Of a stretch of 64,000 bases of DNA, positions 46,638-55,466 are shown piece by piece. How positions within the stretch are numbered: position 1 is the first letter of the stretch; each line of letters begins with the position of its first letter. A model generated the notes under the pieces. It was not told where the DNA came from. It saw nothing but the letters and a program-made list of their open reading frames with translations, and ran no database searches. This stretch comes from Shigella phage Sf20. The DNA is taken from the sequence record MF327006. One strand, 5' to 3'. The position numbers and the translations under genes were made by a program.

Positions 46638-47237
46638 TTAACCCTCTTTAGTCATTAATTGAAAACCACGTTCAGCTTTTGATATTTCGCTAGGACTTAA
46701 ATCGTCACCAACATATCCTAGCATCATTTCTCGGATAATGTCAAGTGCTTTTTCATCACCTGATTTTAACTCGAACTCAAGTTCATAATGAGCAGTGTCG
46801 CCCAATCCTTCGCCTACTTTGCCATAATAGAAAGTGTCTTTGCACATTTCCACTATACCACAACCCATATCTAGAGTCAATGACTTGCGATATGTCATTA
46901 CTTGCATTATTGCAGTGATATAGTCGGAGTTTACCCCTAGACAATCAATAAAATGGACGAACTCATCCCAATTTGAAAATGTCATTTCCTCGCGGTTGAA
47001 TAGTCCAGATTCATTATCACCCATTTTGACCATGATCTCTGATTTTCTACAGTCAAGTCGTGCATAAATTCCTTTTTGACGTAGCGCATGATCTTCGGTA
47101 TCATAATAAAATTCGTGTTTTAATATGTTATCTCGGTCTAATAGATTGTACCCGTCATACATTGCCACCCACAAATCACAGATTGTTTCTACACCATCCT
47201 GTGAATGGGCATAGTATTTTAATTCAAGTTCTTTCAT
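46638..47237 (-). CDS. CYTH-like (triphosphate tunnel metalloenzyme) domain protein
   Basis: N-terminal ExExK-like KELELKYY and a later acidic strand ELEFELK; ~200 aa. Confidence 0.45.
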   Translation of the reverse strand: MKELELKYYAHSQDGVETICDLWVAMYDGYNLLDRDNILKHEFYYDTEDHALRQKGIYARLDCRKSEIMVKMGDNESGLFNREEMTFSNWDEFVHFIDCLGVNSDYITAIMQVMTYRKSLTLDMGCGIVEMCKDTFYYGKVGEGLGDTAHYELEFELKSGDEKALDIIREMMLGYVGDDLSPSEISKAERGFQLMTKEG

Positions 47238-47247
47238 ATGTCAACCC

Positions 47248-48195
47248 TTAGAACTCACCAATTTTCTGCAACATTTTAACTAACGCATTTGTTACAAAAT
47301 AGTTATAAATTTTACCGCGTGGTGCTGGTTTAGATTTCTCCCATGCTAACAAAATTTCATATTCGATGTTATCAGGAATAAATTCAAAATCAATAAGTTC
47401 GCGGTTTTCGTCAAAGCGTCGTGCTTCTTCCTCTGTCATCAAAGACTTTGGATCTTCGGCATCGAAAATTTGCTCTAACCATTTGGTTGCAATTGGTTTA
47501 GCTCTTTCTCCTTCCAGTCGTGAGATAATGAAATCACTACGGCACTTGATCGAAGCCACACCGTCTTTTGCGTCACCCTTAACACATTTTACCATAAGGT
47601 CTTTGTAAGGGCTACCATATTTGCATTTCTTCCATGCTTTCTGTACTGGTGCCCACTGTTTCACATTTTTGTATTTGTGTAACTGTGTGTAGTCACCATC
47701 GCCGGAGTTGATTAGCACCTGGCGACCTTCTACAGAAAACTTTTTAGTTAACACAGCGATTATATCATCCGCTTCAACTTTGTCAACCTTAATAACGTGA
47801 TAAGGCATGTTCTCTTTAAACTCTTCGGTGATCTTATTGATCGCAGCAAAGATCATCTCCCAATCACGCGGATCTGCGTCTCGTTTTTCCTTACGGTTGC
47901 GTTTATAGTAAGGTGCGATATCACGTCGCCAGTAACCTTTGCTTGAATCAAAGGCAAGTACCGTAATTGGGTATTGCTCTTTGAATTTTGTCATATTATA
48001 ACGCATGGTGTCAAGGATAAGATGACGAATCATGCCTTCATTAATAGGATCTTCCGGTTTAAAGGTATGCGAGATAGTAGCAATCATAAGCTGCGACATA
48101 TCAATCAAATGCACACCTTCCGGCAGTTTATCTTCTGGATCATCAAAAAAATCATTAAGTGTAGCGGTAGTTTTTGTAAACGGGTTATACGTCAT
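47248..48195 (-). CDS. rnh: RNase H (5'-3' exonuclease, FEN family)
   Basis: GYWRRD, YYKRNR, VDKVEADDIIAV, SGDGDYTQLHKY, PPRGKIYNYF match T4 RNase H. Confidence 0.9.
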   Translation of the reverse strand: MTYNPFTKTTATLNDFFDDPEDKLPEGVHLIDMSQLMIATISHTFKPEDPINEGMIRHLILDTMRYNMTKFKEQYPITVLAFDSSKGYWRRDIAPYYKRNRKEKRDADPRDWEMIFAAINKITEEFKENMPYHVIKVDKVEADDIIAVLTKKFSVEGRQVLINSGDGDYTQLHKYKNVKQWAPVQKAWKKCKYGSPYKDLMVKCVKGDAKDGVASIKCRSDFIISRLEGERAKPIATKWLEQIFDAEDPKSLMTEEEARRFDENRELIDFEFIPDNIEYEILLAWEKSKPAPRGKIYNYFVTNALVKMLQKIGEF

Positions 48196-48197
48196 AA

Positions 48198-48383
48198 TTA
48201 AGTTCTCTCCACTCTCACAACAACATATTCGCCAAACGAGTTAGATACTTCACGATCATACCCGTATTTCTCCATAACTCGCAGAATTGCATTGTTTAAT
48301 TCGGCACGGAAATAATTATAATCCTTATCAGGGATTCTGTCAACTACCCATTTTGCACCTTCTGACAAATCAACTTTAACCAT
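48198..48383 (-). CDS. hypothetical protein (61 aa)
   Basis: ORF coupled to rnh. Confidence 0.35.
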   Translation of the reverse strand: MVKVDLSEGAKWVVDRIPDKDYNYFRAELNNAILRVMEKYGYDREVSNSFGEYVVVRVERT

Positions 48384-48421
48384 AATATATCATCCTCTTT
48401 TGTTTCTATCAAGCCTCATTT

Positions 48422-48429
48422 TATAAATA
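48422..48429 (+). promoter_or_regulatory. T4-type late promoter (TATAAATA) for gene 34
   Basis: Exact TATAAATA ~30 nt upstream of the gene 34 ATG; AAGGAGA RBS follows. Confidence 0.6.
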
Positions 48430-48457
48430 TGAACATACTATAAAAGGAGACCCAATA

Positions 48458-51400
48458 ATGGCAGATTTTTCTCAACATTTCAAGGCCACATTTGGCTTTG
48501 ACGCTGGTAATGAAAAGGTCGTCAATGTAGCATTGGCTGATAAGAATGTCAACACCGATGCGGTCAACGTTGAATTTTTCAATTACCATAATGGTATTAC
48601 TCAGTATGACACAACTCGCGGTTATGATCAATACGGAACTACAATCTATCAAAACCGTCCGTATTATGCAAAAGAAGATATCACAAAGCCAGCAGGTGAT
48701 TTTGACCCGACTAAATGGCAAGCACTGCGCACGGACCCACGTTGGGATTATATTGCAGCAACTTCCGGTGATACTCCTTTAAAGTCTGGTGATTATATCG
48801 CAGCAGATGGTCAATTTGCAAACTTGACTTTCTCTATGCCAACTAAACCAGCAGAGGGAGACACTATAACAGTAAAAGATATCGGTGGCAAGTGTGGTGT
48901 TAACGAATTATCGTTCTTGAGTTCAGGACATGAGTTTTACCATAACGGTAATGTGTATAACCGAAAATGGTATTGCACTACCCCGTATGCAATGAACTAT
49001 TTCATCTTTGTTCGTAATCGTTGGCATGTTTATCAGACGGGAACAGAGCCGCGCGGTGTGTACGCACAGCCAGCGATTGATGCTATTCAAATGCAGAATG
49101 GTGATCAGGTATTTCGTCGTAGTTCGTTGGGTAATATTACCTTAGTGCTTCCTAAGTTTGCCAACAATGGCGACATGATCCAGACTACAGACCTTGACGG
49201 ATTAACCGCAACCAACCACGTTACGGTTAAAGTTCATGAGCACGCAGAAGAACAATCAATTGGCACGTCCGGTCTAAAAGAGATTATCGGTAAGCGTAGC
49301 GGTCATGGTGTATTCATCTTTGACAAGACGGAAAACTTATGGCGTTTGTGGGATGGTGATCAGTCTGTTCGTCTTAAACCGATCATCGATGACACTCGCT
49401 TGCAACCTAATAGCTATGTTGCTGTATTTGGTGATCGTGATGTTACTCTGACGCTGCCGACCAATGTCGAGCCGGGTGATCGTATTCAAGTTTCTATGCA
49501 GTATATGCACGGAAACCAGAATTGCCGTATTATCACCGCCACAGAGGATACAAAAATCCTTATGCCGAAAAACATGGTTCAGTTTCCGAAGCGTAGCGAG
49601 TACCCATTCAACGGGACCGACACATGGAAGGAAGTGTCTGAATTGTCGTTCAATGCGGCTAGTGATTATGTACCTTATCTGGAGTTCTCTTATTCAGAAG
49701 GTGATGATGGTAAGAAATACTGGTTGGTGGCACATGCTCACCCGATTGTAGAACGAGTAGATCCGACTCGTAAAGATCGTGTTGGTGTAATTGCACTGGC
49801 TACCCAGGATGAAACAAACAAAAACCATGAAGAGAATCCTAGCGACGAAGTTGCGGTAACACCAAAAATGCTGGCTAATAAAACCGCCAACGAAACTCGA
49901 CGCGGTATTGCTCGCATTGCGACTCAAGCGGAAACGCATCAAGATACTGGTTCCAACTTCCTGGATGATGTTATCGTTACGCCTAAAAAGTTAAATGACT
50001 GTGTTGCTACCGAAGCCCGTCGTGGCGTGATGGAAATTGCAACCCAGCACGAAACCAATGAAGGTTTAGACGATACCCGCGCTATTACTCCTAAGAAATT
50101 AGAAGAACGTCGCGCTTCCGAAGATCTCGCTGGTATTGCTGAAATTGTTCAGGCTGGCGGTAGTGCTGCCGCTCGACGTGGCGAAGCTGGTACAGGGATC
50201 TATAACATCAACGACCATGTTAAAATTGTTACGCCACAAAACATCAACGAAGTCAAGGCGACCGAAACTTCCCGTGGTGTTGGCTATCTGGCAACTGACG
50301 CGGAAGTGCAAGGGGCTACAGAATCAACCCCGCAAGATGCTTTACTAATCACGACTCGCACGCTAACGAAACGTACTGCTACCGAATCGCGCACTGGTAT
50401 CGCTGAAATTGCAACTCAGGAAGAAACAAACTTAGGTCAAAGTGATAGCCATATCATCACGCCTAAAAAGCTGCATACTCGCCGCGCAACGGAAACTTTA
50501 CATGGTTTAGCAGAAATTGCAACTCAACCGGAATTTGACGCAGGTCTTGACGATGCTCGCATTTCTACCCCATTGAAGATTAAAACCTTCTTTGAGAATG
50601 CACAGCGTTTGAAAGTAGATCCGACTCAGGGGCTTAACCTTACTGGTGATTTGTGGCAAGGTATCATGATCAGCGGTCTGGATGCAACCGAAGACACAAA
50701 AGGTGTCGCTAAAGTTGCTACTACTCAGCTTACGGATGCTGGTCAAGATGATACTACAATCATCACGCCTAAAAAGCTGCAAGGCAAAAAGGCAACCGAA
50801 GGTAAAGAAGGTATTATCCGAGTTGGTACTCAAGCCGAAACCGTGGCTGGTGCACTGGCTAATGTAGCAATTTCTCCGAAGAACTTCAAATATGTTGTTC
50901 AGACAGAGGATACATGGAAAGCAACCGAATCGCGTCGTGGCTTCTTGAAAGTTGCTACTCAGGAAAACTGTTTTGTTGGTGATAATCTGCAAGGTTCTAC
51001 TCAAGAACTAGGAAACTACCAGCATGACGGAATTGCTGTTACCCCGAAAGGATTAAACTACGCACTTGCTAATTTCTTACCTAAGATGGCAACCGCTCAG
51101 AATAGTTTGAAATTGGGTAACGTAGAGGCCGCTAAATGGGCGCGTAGAGACATTGACCAGACCATAGAGAGCAATTACACGTTTAATAAAAAAGTTAACG
51201 TGAAGGGCGATTTAGAGTGCTTAAAATCAGGTTCCTTTGAAACTCTGTCTGTGACTAAGAACTCGACCGATGTTCCGAGTAATGGTCATCTGGTGTTGGG
51301 TGAGCGTGGAGTTGACGGTCACACCGGAATTACTCTGCATGGCACAACCGCATCGGAAGGCATGAAAAACTCTTGGTCGATTATCGTTGGTGGTACGGGA

Positions 51401-52530
51401 ACAGCGCAAGTTGTTGATAGTGATGCTATCGCTTTCGGTAAAATCAATGATGGTGGAGTCGTTGAGCATTACGCCTTTGCTATGAAACACAATGGCGACG
51501 CGACAGCATATAGAGACTTTATTGCAGGTCGTAACCTGTATGCGAAACAAGGCGGTTTATACATTGTTGACCAGTCTAATCCGGCAATGACTCGTTCCCC
51601 AGATGGTATGCTGAATATCGGTCACGGTGGAAGTGTTAACATCAAGGCAGGTCATCAAACGTTAACTACAGAGATCGCCGGACAGAAATATCAGATCGTA
51701 CACGCAGGAAACGCTGACGAAGTTCTTAACCGTCAGTTTGTTAAGAATGCTGGCGATACAATGGTCGGTAAGCTGACTATGGATAATGCGCCTATTGTTT
51801 CTGTTAAGCATGAAGCTAGCGCGGCAACCGCTCCGGCAATCGGTAACATCGGTTTCTGGAATATGCGAGTTACTACCCAGAACATCAAAGAAACTTATCC
51901 AGAGAAGAAAAACGGTACTCTGATGCAATGGGGTACTGACGCGGACGGGCTTACCCAGCTTTGGTCCCCTGATGGTACTCATAAACATTATATCCGTTCC
52001 GGTACTGGCGGGGACAGAAATATCAGATCGTACACGCAGGAAACGCTGACGAAGTTCTTAACCGTCAGTTTGTTAAGAATGCTGGCGATACAATGGTCGG
52101 TAAGCTGACTATGGATAATGCGCCTATTGTTTCTGTTAAGCATGAAGCTAGCGCGGCAACCGCTCCGGCAATCGGTAACATCGGTTTCTGGAATATGCGA
52201 GTTACTACCCAGAACATCAAAGAAACTTATCCAGAGAAGAAAAACGGTACTCTGATGCAATGGGGTACTGACGCGGACGGGCTTACCCAGCTTTGGTCCC
52301 CTGATGGTACTCATAAACATTATATCCGTTCCGGTACTGGCGGTCAATGGACCGCATGGGGTGAAATTTACACCAAACAGAACAAACCTACCGCTCAGGA
52401 AATCGGGGCAGTAGTTGCAGAAGGTGGTTTAATGAACTCTATGACGGTTCGTGATTGGATCAAAGTTGGTAATGTTAAAATCATCGCCAATAATCTGACT
52501 CGTACCGTAGACTTTATCTGGGAAGACTAA
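48458..52530 (+). pseudogene. 34: long tail fiber proximal subunit gp34, reading frame interrupted by a 332-bp tandem duplication (ORFs 48458..52108 and 52093..52530)
   Basis: 1216-aa ORF ends ...GTHKHYIRSGTGG + out-of-frame tail; next ORF repeats MVGKLTMDNAP...HYIRSGTGG then continues; deleting one repeat copy restores ~1246 aa (T4 gp34 is 1289 aa). Confidence 0.75.
51680..52343. repeat. perfect tandem duplication, 2 x 332 bp (51680-52011 and 52012-52343)
   Basis: Both copies read identically by eye from GGACAGAAATATCAGATCG... to ...CCGTTCCGGTACTGGCGG; 332 is not a multiple of 3. Confidence 0.85.
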
Positions 52531-52563
52531 TTAAAGGGGGCGAAAGCCCCCTATGGGGTTATT

Positions 52564-53703
52564 ATGACACAAGATATAGAATTACGCAACACTGGAATTA
52601 GGTTTGCGCATTTCGACGAAGACTCTGCGACATTTACCAGCATTTCAGAAAATAACTCTGTGATGTATAAGCTGGAAGTGCGCGGATCTAATGCGGATTC
52701 TACCAAACCAGCAAGGATTAGATTTAATGGAGTGGAGATCGTTGGCGCTGGCTATGAAAATGGCCTAAATTTGAAAGTTCTTACTCCAACTGGACAACTA
52801 CACGAAGAAAAGGTATTCTATGGTCGCGGTGCTGTTTTGGCAATGCGTGATTATCTTTCTTTGCTGAAAGGTGATTATATCATTGCGATGGCAACTCATG
52901 GAGAATTGTTTGCAGATCCGATAAGTGATGTTGTATTTTCTAAGATGGGATCTGTATCATTCCCGAATCACATTTTGTTACAGCAAATGCCTCGTGTATC
53001 ATATGCAGCAATTTATTCTACTAAAATGGGTAAAATTGTGTGCGAAGGGATGCAAGCGACCCACGGGGAAGGACAAGATTCATCTATACAAATTGAGAAG
53101 GTTTATGATACTATAGATGATCTTGCTATAACAGGAACACCACAACGATTTTTAGATTATCCGGTTGAGTATGTTAGCGAAGATGCCGAACATTTCGAGC
53201 TAATACAATGGCCTCATGATGAGATCAGCGCACCACTTGAATATTTTAACATAAAGGCAGGTGACAAACTATCATTATCATTTGAATTGTTCCGTGATAG
53301 TGCCGCAGCCGCAGCCAACGTAACAGCGCGTTTCTATCACAACTATTTTACTGATGGACAATACAAAACTGGCGTTCGATACAATGCCAGCAAAAAAGAT
53401 CAATGGGAAAAGTTTGAAGCCGTCTATACCGTGCCGGAAGGTGTCGATAGTGTAGTAACTGGTTGTATCAGATATCCAACCAACTCAAATGAAGGTATTG
53501 TTAAAATTAGAAACATACTAATAACGCCGATCAGTGGAGTCGTCAAAACTACTGGTCCTACTTCATTTGGTGTTAATGGTGTTAGAACAACTCATATTCA
53601 GGATAACGGTGATTTTACTAACCCTGTAATGAGTCTTCTTAAGCTGCCTAGAGACAATAAACATATCACATCCAACAACTTTAAAGAGTTCGATGTTGAT
53701 TAA
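52564..53703 (+). CDS. 35: long tail fiber hinge connector gp35
   Basis: Size (379 aa) and synteny 34-35-36-37. Confidence 0.65.
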   Translation: MTQDIELRNTGIRFAHFDEDSATFTSISENNSVMYKLEVRGSNADSTKPARIRFNGVEIVGAGYENGLNLKVLTPTGQLHEEKVFYGRGAVLAMRDYLSLLKGDYIIAMATHGELFADPISDVVFSKMGSVSFPNHILLQQMPRVSYAAIYSTKMGKIVCEGMQATHGEGQDSSIQIEKVYDTIDDLAITGTPQRFLDYPVEYVSEDAEHFELIQWPHDEISAPLEYFNIKAGDKLSLSFELFRDSAAAAANVTARFYHNYFTDGQYKTGVRYNASKKDQWEKFEAVYTVPEGVDSVVTGCIRYPTNSNEGIVKIRNILITPISGVVKTTGPTSFGVNGVRTTHIQDNGDFTNPVMSLLKLPRDNKHITSNNFKEFDVD

Positions 53704-53713
53704 CATTTTTAAC

Positions 53714-53745
53714 AAGCCGATCCATGTGGTCGGCTTTATTTTTAT
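53714..53745 (+). terminator. terminator hairpin after gene 35 (AAGCCGATC...GGTCGGCTT + T-run)
   Basis: Stem-loop followed by TTTATTTTTAT. Confidence 0.5.
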
Positions 53746-53864
53746 ACAGTTGGTTAAATTGTAACCAAAACGAAGAAAGATCTTTAGAATATAGAAAAGT
53801 TTGTTTCGGTTAAAAATTAGTCAGTGCCGTAGGCACGTCGCGAAGCGATATTTTGTTAACATTC

Positions 53865-53872
53865 TATAAATA
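53865..53872 (+). promoter_or_regulatory. T4-type late promoter (TATAAATA) for gene 36
   Basis: Exact TATAAATA ~35 nt upstream of the gene 36 ATG. Confidence 0.55.
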
Positions 53873-53905
53873 CTCGGAACTATAACTAATTTTTGAGGTT
53901 ACTTT

Positions 53906-55396
53906 ATGGCAGATTTGAAACATGGATCTACTGTAGGCGGATCTCCCATTTGGACGCAAGGAAACTTGACGATCCAGCCAGCGGGGGATCAGCTTTTCTA
54001 CAAAGGTCATAAAATCTATACCGCTTTTGATAGACCTTCGGCTACCGATTTTGATGCTGTTAGTGCATCCGAAGGTGGCACATTTCAAAAGCAAGTTCAT
54101 TTCGAGGAAGGTTTAAGCGTAGGTAGCGCATCGGCTGGAGAAACCAAAAAGAATGGTATCTTTAAAGGTCAGAGCGACGCTGCTAATTTTGACGGCGTAA
54201 GCTGGGGTTTGCATTCATGGAAGTCAATCGGCTTTGTTAATGCCCGTGATGGCGTTATCATGGCGTATATTGACACCACAACGGGCGAATTTAAGTCTAA
54301 AGGGACTATCGAAGGGACAACCATTAAAGACACAGGTCAACGCGTCTATAGCCCTGTTAATAAACCAACGAATAATGATTTAGATTTGGTGTCTCGTCGC
54401 GGTGATACCCTAACAGGAACATATAATTTAAACACTGTCACTGTTAAACTATCGGTTGATTCGAAATTAATTGCAAGGGAACGTGATTTAATTAATTTTG
54501 ATGCGACTAAGATCTATTATGGTAACGTTCTTGATACGTTGGTCTTCCGAAGTAAAGATGAGCCTACCATTTTTGTTAATGGCAGAGAAGGTCGTTTTTA
54601 TCACACCAACAATAAACCAACTAAAGCCGATGTTGGGCTAGGCAATGTCACCAATGATGCACAGGTTAAACGTGCTGGTGATATTATGGAAGGTAACTTG
54701 CAAGCGCCTAGAATGTTGGCGACAAACGATCCTGCTGGTCCTAATGAATTGGTTCGTTTGAGCTACTTTGAGAGAAAATCAATGGTAGCAAATCCAACCA
54801 TCATTGGAAACGTTGATTGGAACACTCTTATTAATCGCGGTATCTATCGTGTGGAAAATGCTGGGTCGGGTACTAATAAACCGTCTGATAGCTATTATAA
54901 TGGCGTTTTGATGGTATATCGCCCAGAAGATGCGGTCGGTACTCGTCGAATTGTTCAGGTGTATTATCCTGAATCTATTGACCATCCGATGTGCTGGCGT
55001 TCGTGTTCTAATGAATCCTGGACTGCATGGAACTATGTAGATCACCGTAAATTAGCCGATATTCGCTATGTTAACGTAACTGGCGATACCATGACAGGAC
55101 CGTTAACTGTTCCGGCTGCAAATGGCGTTAGAACAGCTAAAACTAACTATAACGGGGATAACTGTTATGCGGCGTTAAGCGGTGCTGATGGCACTGCGAT
55201 GATTCACCGCATTAGTGATATTAAAGGGACCGAAAAGCTGGGGATCACCCACGACTCAAAGGTCGTGTTTTTCCGTTCTAGAAACAATACTCAAACCGTG
55301 GACCGCTATCAGCTTTATCATGAAGGTAATAAACCTACTCCGGCTGATGTTGGAGCGGTTCCACTTAATGCGGTGATTGATTTTGGTACTTTCTAA
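53906..55396 (+). CDS. 36: long tail fiber distal subunit gp36 (extended, 496 aa)
   Basis: N-terminus MADLKHGSTVGGSPIWTQGN matches T4 gp36 MADLKVGSTTGGSVIWHQGN. Confidence 0.8.
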   Translation: MADLKHGSTVGGSPIWTQGNLTIQPAGDQLFYKGHKIYTAFDRPSATDFDAVSASEGGTFQKQVHFEEGLSVGSASAGETKKNGIFKGQSDAANFDGVSWGLHSWKSIGFVNARDGVIMAYIDTTTGEFKSKGTIEGTTIKDTGQRVYSPVNKPTNNDLDLVSRRGDTLTGTYNLNTVTVKLSVDSKLIARERDLINFDATKIYYGNVLDTLVFRSKDEPTIFVNGREGRFYHTNNKPTKADVGLGNVTNDAQVKRAGDIMEGNLQAPRMLATNDPAGPNELVRLSYFERKSMVANPTIIGNVDWNTLINRGIYRVENAGSGTNKPSDSYYNGVLMVYRPEDAVGTRRIVQVYYPESIDHPMCWRSCSNESWTAWNYVDHRKLADIRYVNVTGDTMTGPLTVPAANGVRTAKTNYNGDNCYAALSGADGTAMIHRISDIKGTEKLGITHDSKVVFFRSRNNTQTVDRYQLYHEGNKPTPADVGAVPLNAVIDFGTF

Positions 55397-55401
55397 TTTT
55401 A

Positions 55402-55427
55402 GCGGGGATTATCTCCCCGCTTTTCTA
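55402..55427 (+). terminator. hairpin AGCGGGGATTATCTCCCCGCT + T-run
   Basis: GC-rich stem-loop between genes 36 and 37. Confidence 0.45.
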
Positions 55428-55466
55428 AATAATGTTATTCTAATAACCGTTTAAGGATTTTATAAA

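Noticed and set aside
52536-52551. Hairpin GGGGGCGAAAGCCCCC after gene 34 as a terminator
   Set aside because: Not followed by a T-run on the + strand; may be a weak or RNA-stability hairpin rather than a terminator
55430-55450. Late promoter for gene 37 (CTAAATAA)
   Set aside because: Does not match TATAAATA exactly; gene 37 is probably co-transcribed with 36
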